Source of the DNA: Euglena gracilis
Lineage: Eukaryota
DNA length: 64,000 nucleotides
Reading direction: 5' to 3'
NCBI GenBank assembly: GCA_039621445.1
Contig: CP154954.1
Coordinates: forward strand, 35,511,703 to 35,575,702
This document shows, piece after piece, positions 1 to 11,327 of this stretch. Below the pieces are notes generated by a model that saw nothing but the letters and a program-made list of their open reading frames with translations, was not told the origin of the DNA and searched no databases. Positions within the stretch are counted from its first letter, which is position 1, and each line of letters starts with the position of its first letter. The position numbers were made by a program, and so were the translations under genes.

Positions 1-3000
1 GCACATTTAGATGGGTGCATTCGACCATTCCGGGGGACATTTACCAGGTCAGCCCAGGTTACCATGTAAAAATGGACCAAATTGGGCCTTACTCCGAGTA
101 ACCGAATGGGTGTTCCAGGAGGCCTCCAAAGTCAGGGGACCCGTTGGTTTCATGGTTGTCGCGGTTTAATGGTAGGAAAAACATGCAGCGGGAAGGTTGG
201 TTGCAAGAAATGAGCAGATTTAGATGGGTGCATTCGACCATTCCGGGGGACATTTACCAGGTCAGCCCAGGTTACCATGTAAAAATGGACCAAATTGGGC
301 CTTACTCCGAGTTACGAATGGGTGTTCCAGGAGGCCTCCAAAGTCAGGGGACCCGTTGGTTTCATGATTGTCGTGGTTTAATGGTAAGAAAAACATGCAG
401 CGGGAATGTTGGTTGCAAGAAATGAGCACATTTAGATGGGTGCATTCGACCATTCCGGGGGACATTTACCAGGTCAGCCCAGGTTACCATGTAAAAATGG
501 ACCAAATTGGGCCTTACTCCGAGTAACCGAATGGGTGTTCCAGGAGGCCTCCAAAGTCAGGGGACCCGTTGGTTTCATGATTGTCGTGGTTTAATGGTAA
601 GAAAAACATGCAGCGGGAATGTTGGTTGCAAGAAATGAGCAGATTTAGATGGGTGCATTCGACCATTCCGGGGGACATTTACCAGGTCAGCCCAGGTTAC
701 CATGTAAAAATGGACCAAATTGGGCCTTACTCCGAGTAACCGAATGGGTGTTCCAGGAGGCCTCCAAAGTCAGGGGACCCGTTGGTTTCATGATTGTCGT
801 GGTTTAATGGTAAGAAAAACATGCAGCGGGAAGGTTGGTTGCAAGAAATGAGCAGATTTAGATGGGTGCATTCGACCATTCCGGGGGACATTTACCAGGT
901 CAGCCCAGGTTACCATGTAAAAATGGACCAAATTGGGCCGTACTCCGAGTAACCGAATGGGTGTTCCAGGAGGCCTCCAAAGTCAGGGGACCCGTTGGTT
1001 TCATGATTGTCGTGGTTTAATGGTGAGAAAAAACATGCAGCGGGAATGTTGGTTGCAAGAAATGAGCAGATTTAGATGGGTGCATTCGACCATTCCGGGG
1101 GACATTTACCAGGTCAGCCCAGGTTACCATGTAAAAATGGACCAAATTGGGCCTTACTCCGAGTTACCGAATGGGTGTTCCAGGAGGCCTCCAAAGTCAG
1201 GGGACCCGTTGGTTTCATGATTGTCGTGGTTTAATGGTAAGAAAAACATGCAGCCGGAAGGTTGGTTGCAAGAAATGAGCAGATTTAGATGGGTGCATTC
1301 GACCATTCCGGGGGACATTTACCAGGTCAGCCCAGGTTACCATGTAAAAATGGACCAAATTGGGCCTTACTCCGAGTAACCGAATGGGTGTTCCAGGAGG
1401 CCTCCAAAGTCAGGGGACCCGTTGGTTTCATGATTGTCGTGGTTTAATGGTAAGAAAAACATGCAGCGGAATGTTGGTTGCAAGAAATGAGCAGATTTAG
1501 ATGGGTGCATTCGACCATTCCGGGGGACATTTACCAGGTCAGCCCAGGTTACCATGTAAAAATGGACCAAATTGGGCCTTACTCCGAGTTACCGAATGGG
1601 TGTTCCAGGAGGCCTCCAAAGTCAGGGGACCCGTTGGTTTCATGATTGTCGTGGTTTAATGGTAAGAAAAAAAATGCAGCGGGAATGTTGGTTGCAAGAA
1701 ATGAGCAGATTTAGATGGGTGCATTCGACCATTCCGGGGGACATTTACCAGGTCAGCCCAGGTTACCATGTAAAAATGGACCAAATTGGGCCTTACTCCG
1801 AGTTACCGAATGGGTGTTCCAGGAGGCCTCCAAAGTCAGGGGACCCGTTGGTTTCATGATTGTCGTGGTTTAATGGTAAGAAAAACATGCAGCGGGAATG
1901 TTGGTTGCAAGAAATGAGCAGATTTAGATGGGTGCATTCGACCATTCCGGGGGACATTTACCAGGTCAGCCCAGGTTACCATGTAAAAATGGACCAAATT
2001 GGGCCTTACTCCGAGTTACCGAATGGGTGTTCCAGGAGGCCTCCAAAGTCAGGGGACCCGTTGGTTTCATGATTGTCGTGGTTTAATGGTAAGAAAAACA
2101 TGAATCCGGAAGGTTGGTTGCAAGAAATGAGCAGATTTAGATGGGTGCATTCGACCATTCCGGGGGACATTTACCAGGTCAGCCCAGGTTACCATGTAAA
2201 AATGGACCAAATTGGGCCTTACTCCGAGTAACCGAATGGGTGTTCCAGGAGGCCTCCAAAGTCAGGGGACCCGTTGGTTTCATGATTGTCGTGGTTTAAT
2301 GGTAAGAAAAACATGCAGCGGGAATGTTGGTTGCAAGAAATGAGCAGATTTAGATGGGTGCATTCGACCATTCCGGGGGACATTTACCAGGTCAGCCCAG
2401 GTTACCATGTAAAAATGGACCAAATTGGGCCTTACTCCGAGTTACCGAATGGGTGTTCCAGGAGGCCTCCAAAGTCAGGGGACCCGTTGGTTTCATGATT
2501 GTCGTGGTTTAATGGTAAGAAAAAAATGCAGCGGGAATGTTGGTTGCAAGAAATGAGCAGATTTAGATGGGTGCATTCGACCATTCCGGGGGACATTTAC
2601 CAGGTCAGCCCAGGTTACCATGTAAAAATGGACCAAATTGGGCCTTACTCCGAGTTACCGAATGGGTGTTCCAGGAGGCCTCCAAAGTCAGGGGACCCGT
2701 TGGTTTCATGATTGTCGTGGTTTAATGGTAAAAAAAACATGCAGCGGGAAGGTTGGTTGCAAGAAATGAGCAGATTTAGATGGGTGCATTCGACCATTCC
2801 GGGGGACATTTACCAGGTCAGCCCAGGTTACCATGTAAAAATGGACCAAATTGGGCCTTACTCCGAGTTAACGAATGGGTGTTCCAGGAGGCCTCCAAAG
2901 TCAGGGGACCCGTTGGTTTCATGATTGTCGTGGTTTAATGGTAAGAAAAACATGCAGCCGGAAGGTTGGTTGCAAGAAATGAGCAGATTTAGATGGGTGC

Positions 3001-5734
3001 ATTCGACCATTCCGGGGGACATTTACCAGGTCAGCCCAGGTTACCATGTAAAAATGGACCAAATTGGGCCTACTCCGAGTAACCGAATGGGTGTTCCAGG
3101 AGGCCTCCAAAGTCAGGGGACCCGTTGGTTTCATGATTGTCGTGGTTTAATGGTAAGAAAAACATGCAGCGGGAATGTTGGTTGCAAGAAATGAGCAGAT
3201 TTAGATGGGTGCATTCGACCATTCCGGGGGACATTTACCAGGTCAGCCCAGGTTACCATGTAAAAATGGACCAAATTGGGCCTTACTCCGTGTTACCGAA
3301 TGGGTGTTCCAGGAGGCCTCCAAAGTCAGGGGACCCGTTGGTTTCATGATTGTCGTGGTTTAATGGTAAGAAAAACAACCACCCACTTTCTCTCCATCCA
3401 CTCGTCCTCCCACCCTACCACCCCTCCTACCTCTACCCCTATCCCCCCCCCATCCGCTCCCCTCTACCCCTCCCATTCTCCCGCCTTTCTAAGTTGTATG
3501 CAAGAAATGAGCAGATTTAGATGGGTGCATTCGACCATTCCGGGGGACATTTACCAGGTCAGCCCAGGTTACCATGTAAAAATGGACCAAATTGGGCCTT
3601 ACTCCGAGTTACCGAATGGGTGTTCCAGGAGGCCTCCAAAGTCAGGGGACCCGTTGGTTTCATGATTGTCGTGGTTTAATGGTAAGAAAAACATGAATCC
3701 GGAAGGTTGGTTGCAAGAAATGAGCAGATTTAGATGGGTGCATTCGACCATTCCGGGGGACATTTACCAGGTCAGCCCAGGTTACCATGTAAAAATGGAC
3801 CAAATTGGGCCTTACTCCGAGTAACCGAATGGGTGTTCCAGGAGGCCTCCAAAGTCAGGGGACCCGTTGGTTTCATGATTGTCGTGGTTTAATGGTAAGA
3901 AAAACATGCAGCGGGAATGTTGGTTGCAAGAAATGAGCAGATTTAGATGGGTGCATTCGACCATTCCGGGGGACATTTACCAGGTCAGCCCAGGTTACCA
4001 TGTAAAAATGGACCAAATTGGGCCTTACTCCGTGTTACCGAATGGGTGTTCCAGGAGGCCTCCAAAGTCAGGGGACCCGTTGGTTTCATGATTGTCGTGG
4101 TTTAATGGTAAGAAAAAAAATGCAGCGGGAATGTTGGTTGCAAGAAATGAGCAGATTTAGATGGGTGCATTCGACCATTCCGGGGGACATTTACCAGGTC
4201 AGCCCAGGTTACCATGTAAAAATGGACCAAATTGGGCCTTACTCCGAGTAACCGAATGGGTGTTCCAGGAGGCCTCCAAAGTCAGGGGACCCGTTGGTTT
4301 CATGATTGTCGTGGTTTAATGGTAAGAAAAACATGCAGCCGGAAGGTTGGTTGCAAGAAATGAGCAGATTTAGATGGGTGCATTCGACCATTCCGGGGGA
4401 CATTTACCAGGTCAGCCCAGGTTACCATGTAAAAATGGACCAAATTGGGCCTTACTCCGAGTAACCGAATGGGTGTTCCAGGAGGCCTCCAAAGTCAGGG
4501 GACCCGTTGGTTTCATGATTGTCGTGGTTTAATGGTAAGAAAAAACATGCAGCCGGAAGGTTGGTTGCAAGAAATGAGCAGATTTAGATGGGTGCATTCG
4601 ACCATTCCGGGGGACATTTACCAGGTCAGCCCAGGTTACCATGTAAAAATGGACCAAATTGGGCCTTACTCCGAGTAACCGAATGGGTGTTCCAGGAGGC
4701 CTCCAAAGTCAGGGGACCCGTTGGTTTCATGATTGTCGTGGTTTAATGGTAAGAATAACATGCAGCCGAATGGTTGGTTGCAAGAAATGAGCAGATTTAG
4801 ATGGGTGCATTCGACCATTCCGGGGGACATTTACCAGGTCAGCCCAGGTTACCATGTAAAAATGGACCAAATTGGGCCTTACTCCGAGTAACCGAATGGG
4901 TGTTCCAGGAGGCCTCCAAAGTCAGGGGACCCGTTGGTTTCATGATTGTCGTGGTTTAATGGTAAGAAAAACATGCAGCGGGAATGTTGGTTGCAAGAAA
5001 TGAGCACATTTAGATGGGTGCATTCGACCATTCCGGGGGACATTTACCAGGTCAGCCCAGGTTACCATGTAAAAATGGACCAAATTGGGCCTTACTCCGA
5101 GTAACCGAATGGGTGTTCCAGGAGGCCTCCAAAGTCAGGGGACCCGTTGGTTTCATGATTGTCGTGGTTTAATGGTAAGAAAAACATGCAGCCGGAAGGT
5201 TGGTTGCAAGAAATGAGCATTTTTAGATGGGTGCATTCGACCATTCCGGGGGACATTTACCAGGTCAGCCCAGGTTACCATGTAAAAATGGACCAAATTG
5301 GGCCTTACTCCGAGTAACCGAATGGGTGTTCCAGGAGGCCTCCAAAGTCAGGGGACCCGTTGGTTTCATGATTGTCGTGGTTTAATGGTAAGAAAAACAT
5401 GCAGCGGGAATGTTGGTTGCAAGAAATGAGCAGATTTAGATGGGTGCATTCGACCATTCCGGGGGACGTTTACCAGGTCAGCCCAGGTTACCATGTAAAA
5501 ATGGACCAAATTGGGCTTTACTTCGAGTAACCGAATGGGTGTTCCAGGAGGCCTCCAAAGTCAGGGGACCCGTTGGTTTCATGATTGTCGTGGTTTAATG
5601 GTAAGAAAAACATGCAGCGGGAATGTTGGTTGCAAGAAATGAGAACATTTAGATGGGTGCATTCGACCATTCCGGGGGACATTTACCAGGTCAGCCCAGG
5701 TTACCATGTAAAAATGGACCAAATTGGGCCTTAC
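1..5734 (+). repeat. 213-bp tandem satellite, block 1 (~27 monomers)
   Basis: Monomer gca(c/g)atttagatgggtgcattcgacc...gttggttgcaagaaatga recurs every 213 bp (e.g. 1, 214, 426). Block is cut at 5734 by the LTR element. Confidence 0.98.
3378..3498. other. C/T-rich low-complexity insertion within one satellite monomer
   Basis: 121 bp of pyrimidine-rich sequence replaces about 18 bp (tgcagcgggaatgttggt) of one monomer; seen once only. Confidence 0.8.
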
Positions 5735-6162
5735 TGTGTACCAGGCACGTCCCAGCTCTGTAGGATATCTGCAGAGTGGGTTCTGTGACGGTCACACCAC
5801 TGTGGAAACCCACAGCTGGTAAGATCGTGGCAGACCCTTCTGGGATCTGCCCCTGGACACGTCAGCACTTTTCTCTCCTTCCCCCACAGGTGGTATTCTT
5901 TACTCTCACAATCTCAAAGTTTGACAATTGGTTTTGTCAGAGGGAAAAACCCTCGGAACAATCGACTTTGATCTCAGAAGAAACTTCTGAATCTTTGCTT
6001 TGTGCTTTGCTTCTTGGGGAATTGGGAAGAAAAGGGGAAAACCACTTTTCGTTACTCCAAAGACTTTTCCCTACCATAAGTAGGTTGCGCACCAAGGCGA
6101 AAGCGAAAGGCTTTTACAGAAAGTCCCAAAAAGGGGAAAAGGGAAAGCTTTGGACGTACACT
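5735..6162 (+). repeat. 5' LTR of element 1
   Basis: TGTGTACCAGG...GGACGTACACT; matches 20403-20829 with about 3 differences by eye (2 substitutions, 1 indel). Confidence 0.95.
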
Positions 6163-6172
6163 TGGTAGCAGA
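6163..6172 (+). promoter_or_regulatory. Primer-binding site, probably initiator tRNA-Met
   Basis: TGGTAGCAGA directly follows the 5' LTR; complementary to the ...UCUGCUACCA 3' end found in many eukaryotic tRNAi-Met. Confidence 0.75.
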
Positions 6173-6472
6173 ATAGGTCAAAGATCCTACAGGAAGAAAG
6201 GCTACCAGGTAATACACTTTGTAGCAGATTTAGGCAACGATCCCACACAGACGTTCCACACAGAGAAACTCTGTGGTTGACTGGTGGTGAGGATCGTACT
6301 AAGCCGTGAAACACGGTGAAAGTACTGTTCCTGGCCCCTAGCCAACCTATAAGCAAGAATACAGGTCTCAGAAGGCTCTGTTCGGTAATCGCCGATACAA
6401 CCTTTCTGGTCCCTGTTTCTCTGCTTATTTGTGTGAATTTTTGGGTTTTTGCCTTTTTACCCATCTCAAAAG

Positions 6473-8910
6473 ATGCAGAGCACAAGCCCCAACCACAAGT
6501 TTGATTATGACTTGTTGATGAATTCATTGAGCAATTGTGATGAAGATTGCGGGGATTGGAACGGTTTGAATGAAACAAGTTCCAATTCCCGACCCCCCAA
6601 GCAAGAAGAAGGCAATTTGACTCATTTGTCATTGTCAAAAGGCGAAACGCCTTTATTGTTGCATGGGGGTAATGAACCCTCTTCATCATCATTGTCATTA
6701 ATTGTCCGGGATGTAGGTGGCAAAATGCCTTCCTCCATCCCGATTCACCCATCATTGATGCGGCGAGGGGATGAACCCCTTGCACCCTCACACTTGGTTA
6801 CTCATGTTACCCATGAACAAAGTGAGGGGTATTTGCCCTTTGCTCGTTCACACCCAAAAGATCCCCGGTAGAAGCACCGGTGGGCCTTCTGGAGTGTAAC
6901 TCGGTGGAAACACCGTGTTTTTTCCAACCCCCCCCTCAACTACCACCCCCCACACCATTTCGCGCATTGCCGGGATTACCCGCCGAAGCTGCGGTTTTCC
7001 CTGCATTGCCATGGAACCCAGATATGCGTCTGGTGGTACCGGAAATCTCTGGTGCCGTTACTATTGTAGAGGACTCTGAGGAAGATTTGAGGGATAACCT
7101 CACCCCCGGTGATGCTTACCGAATTCTCGGTCAACTCCCAGCGGATCACCCGCTTAGCAAGCAAATTTTGCATGTCCACCAATGCGTTGCGGAATGCGCA
7201 ACCATGCTCAACAAAGTTTTGCAGTTCGATGAGGACAATCAGAGGGTTGTCAACACCAAACTGGAATGCTGCTGGAATTATTTGCAGGAAATCGGCAAAT
7301 GCCAACACAATATTGAAAATGCGGGGAAAGACCTTCAGCATTTTCGAGAAAGTGTTGACAGTATTTTGCGCATCCAACTTCCACAAAATTTCCAACAAGT
7401 CAGCGAAATGCTGCATGAAGCGGAAACGCGGAATGACTGCAAGTTTCTGCATGTGCAAGATGGTATGAGCCATCTTTTTGGCAAAGTGGAATCATGTTCA
7501 ACCATGCTACTGCAATTGCAGCAGCAGTTACAAGCGCAAAATGCCACCCCCAAAATGCCGGAAAGCGGTAACTTTGTCGCGGTTGAGCATTTCGCCGCAC
7601 TTACCACTTCTTTCCAAGAAGCCCAACAACGGATTTTGCATCTTGGCTCGGAAGTCGGGCACTTGAAGCAATTTCAGGCGAAAGTGCAAGAAAATTTTGT
7701 TCCCCGTACGCAAATCCAGCTTTTGGAGGAACGAATTTCACACTTGGAGCAAAAATCCTGCCATTGTGCCGCAAATCAGGATGGATTAACCACCTTGAAC
7801 GCGAAAATCGCGGATTGCGCACAACGGTTGGATTTCACGCAACAACAAACGCAAACGGACATTGGCGGTATTAATGCCACCGTTGTCGGTTTGCAGGAGC
7901 ATGTTTCCGCACTTTCCAAGCAAATTCCCGACATTAGTGGTATTCAAGCCGCTATTGGGGAACTACAAACCCGTTGCACCTTGTTGTCCACCACAGTAGC
8001 GGAAATCCGCTCACTACCCCCCATTTCGCGTGCTCGGATATCCGAGTCACCGGAGTTTCGCTCATTTTACAACAAAATGCTTGGTGACAACAAGGAAACC
8101 TTGCAAGCATTTTGCACAAGTTTGATTCAACTTGAGGAATCGGTGAATCGGAATGCCCGATCCATGCAAGATGAGGTTTCACGGTTGGATGCACGAATTT
8201 CTGCGCTGTTGGAAAAGCCAACCGCGGAAAATTCGCGCACCACCGCGGAAACCCCCACCAAGTCACCCCACCAATTGCAAATTGTCTCAAATGCAGTAAA
8301 AGCGCTTGCGGGTCAACTCCGGAATGTGGAGGAGTCCCAAGGACAACTTGTCCAAGACCTACACTTGGTTTCTGAAAAGTTGCCACACTTGGAAGATTTT
8401 TCCCGTCACCGCAAACGCGTTAGGCATTTGGAGACTGAGGTTGACCGTATTTGCGGCCAACTCCAGTTGGTGGAACATTTGGAAGAAACGGTGCATGACT
8501 TGTCCGCGAGTATGGATAAAATGTCCACTCCGGTACCGGTTGTGCCACCATCCACCGCGGTAAGCGCTGCGGTGGGTATTCCAAATGTCCGGGAATCGTG
8601 TTATCAAATTACCATTTCTGGAGTATGAATCCCTACATCCACCGCGAATTTGGTACAACCACCCGCGAAAACGCGAATTGTACCACCTTTGCATTTGCCC
8701 ACACCACAAACTCACTCTTCGCACGACATTTCCGATGAGGAAATTGACCCCCCACTCGAAAATTCGAGTCTCCACCAAGAAACTCAACATTCCAACCTTG
8801 TAACAGGAATGAGCCAACACCCCACACCTGGTATTGGTCATGTGTCGCATTCGCGATCATACCAACCACCAACGGGTTCTGGATTACCAGACCACCCGTC
8901 GGGATTTCGG
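6473..8910 (+). pseudogene. Element 1 N-terminal gag-associated region with long coiled-coil (ORF pieces 6449-6871, 6880-8628, 8650 onward)
   Basis: 582-aa ORF rich in Q/E/L heptads. The stop at 8626-8628 is followed by the same frame staying open; frame changes near 6870 and about 8900 link the pieces to gag. Confidence 0.6.
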
Positions 8911-9146
8911 CGGGAGGCCCGCCCCCCGTTGGGAGAATTTCACCGAATTTTTCGCAAATCCCGCAGGAAAATCCTGCCAACCTTACACTTGGTGCGGGAA
9001 ATCCTGCACGGGTTACACATGGAGCGGAAAATCCGCGAAACGCGTTTGGTGTTAAGAATTACCCTGACCCAAACCCCTGGAATACCACCGAGGGTCAGCG
9101 GGTTACTGAGAGAGACTTCAAGGGCACCATCGCAATCGCGAACAAG

Positions 9147-10547
9147 GTGAAGCCCCAATGGGACGGGGATCCAACCACATGGAGACAATTTTTTCGGGAC
9201 TGGGAGTATTATTGGGCACTAAAGGGACCCACCCAAGACCCGAATCCCGAGGTAGTCAAGATGGAATTCATCGATTGCCTACCAAGGGAAGAGCGAGAAC
9301 GCGCACGTAATTTGGTGATACGTAATGGCGTATCATTCGATGACCTGGTTGAGCAATACGCTTCAACCAATTCAAGTTTGGTCACCAGGATTACCCTGGA
9401 GAGGAAATGGCGACAATCCGCACCATCGGATCGCAAATGGAAATCCAGTGACCTTTGGTATGCCAAATGGTTAGCACTTGCTTCCGAGGTTGGTGAACTT
9501 AGCGAGAAGCAAATGCGCGAACAATTCGATGCGGTCTTGTTGCATTTCACACCATCCCTCGTGAAGGATATCCATCGCGAGGAGTTGGCAGTGCATGAGA
9601 TGACTCTTGCCCAACGTTGGAATTATGTGTCAAAGCAACTCAAGCTCACACAAGTTTTGGGACAAATACAGTCCGCTTTCCAAACGCATCCCACCGCGGG
9701 AATCACTGCGGGTGCGGTTAATGCATTGCAAAAATCACCCGTGTCACCAAGATCACCCACTACGGGATCGAAAACGCGGAATCAGAGTTCTTCGGACCAG
9801 GGCACGGATAAACCGTGCTTTTTGTGCAACAAATCTGGTCACATGTCTCGGGAACGCCCCAATCCCGATGCGTGAAAGCGTATTGGAAGCCCAAGGGGCT
9901 CGACCTCCTCACGGGGATCGGGTTCCTCGGCGTTTTCACGTCAATCGGGAGTTTCCCGTTCTTCGGAGAACCGCTTTAGCGGTAGTAGGCCCAAGTCACC
10001 ATCGCGTAATGGTCGGGAAACCCGTCCTTCTCGCGGTCGGTCACCTGGACCCCCTACCCGAAAACGGGATTTCAGTCGCGACTCTTCACGATCTCGTTCG
10101 CGAAGTGGATCATCCTCTTCGCGGGAGTCACCAGGGAAACCCCGGTACACCGGTCATGGTCGACGGGAAACCCGTTCACCACGACGGTTTGACGGTCGAA
10201 CGGAATACCGTTCCCCCCGTTATGCGGAATCCCGCCACAAATCCCGTTGTTCACTTTGCGGTTCCAAAGATCACCACGCATCCAAATGTCCCAGATCTCG
10301 TTCCCCCCGGCCCGGCTACGGAAATCGCGGTAAGCGCCACGATGACCGTGGTTACTCCTCCAACCGGCAAAAGGTCGGTTTCAAGATATCTTGTTTGGAG
10401 GAGGACACCCCGGCTTCGGGCAGGGAGGGGGATGAGACCTCGGACGGGGAATTTAATGAGGCCCGAATGGCGGTGCGCTCATTGAATTCCATCTATTCCA
10501 CCAAAAAGTCCGTTGCCGGCTATGCGGCCGGTTCGGACTTGGAGTAG
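9147..10547 (+). pseudogene. gag: Gag (capsid-like region plus two CCHC zinc knuckles), interrupted by TGA at 9873
   Basis: PQWDGDPTTWRQF capsid-type motif; knuckle CFLCNKSGHMSRER (last Cys replaced by Arg, 9816-9857). The frame stays open after the TGA at 9873-9875 through an RS-rich tract and a second knuckle CSLCGSKDHHASKC (from 10248) to TAG at 10545-10547. Confidence 0.85.
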
Positions 10548-10592
10548 GGGAGCCCGAGGTCCGAGGGCACGGACCTCTGGGCTGATGAACAG

Positions 10593-11327
10593 ATGGAGGT
10601 AAGACCTGATCAACCTTACCCCCCCTGCCCATCCGCCTTCACGGTCAGTACCCGGAATTATTTCGGGTCCCCTACCCCCCACTCCACACTTCCGCTCGGA
10701 ATGCTGAGCAAAGTAGGAAAGGGTTCATGGGAGAGCTGGCATGCAATGGAATTACTCGTCCAAGCGGAAATCCGCATTCAAAATTTCTCCACCAAAGTCA
10801 AAATTCTCATTGACACTGGTTGTCACATTGCACTGCTCTTTCGGTTGGGGTTGATACCGACCCCGCTCTTGGTAAGCGCCAAGAAACCGCTCAAAATTAC
10901 AACCGCGGATAACACCCCCATGTGTGGTGGTGATTTGGGAGGTGTGCTCGAGATACTCTTGCCCATCATCCCGAAGCATCACTCACAACCCCCACAATTA
11001 CAACATCTCACCAATATTTGGGGTTACGAGTCCGGAATTCACGGCTCTGACGTAATTTTGGGATACCCATTTTTACGCCAGTACCGATTGGTTGTGGATT
11101 GCCACTCCCACGGTTTGCGCACAGCACCCACCACTTCATTGACACCCAAACCACCATCACCGCTGGCGTCCGCCATGATGACCACCACTTTTCCAACACC
11201 GTTACCCACAATGGCAACACCGTTATACACCACACCAACAACCGTTTTACACACCCGGGGTACGGAGAAAGTGCGGTTGAGAAAATTCTGCGGGATGAAG
11301 CCTGTGGAGTTATTCTCATACCCATAA
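10593..11327 (+). CDS. Retropepsin-type aspartic protease of element 1
   Basis: KILIDTGC (Asp codon at 10812) and DVILGYPFL motifs; same frame as gag. Confidence 0.88.
   Translation: MEVRPDQPYPPCPSAFTVSTRNYFGSPTPHSTLPLGMLSKVGKGSWESWHAMELLVQAEIRIQNFSTKVKILIDTGCHIALLFRLGLIPTPLLVSAKKPLKITTADNTPMCGGDLGGVLEILLPIIPKHHSQPPQLQHLTNIWGYESGIHGSDVILGYPFLRQYRLVVDCHSHGLRTAPTTSLTPKPPSPLASAMMTTTFPTPLPTMATPLYTTPTTVLHTRGTEKVRLRKFCGMKPVELFSYP

Noticed and set aside
9607-10485. 292-aa ORF as a separate gene
   Set aside because: Alternative frame overlapping gag; the gag frame holds the second zinc knuckle.
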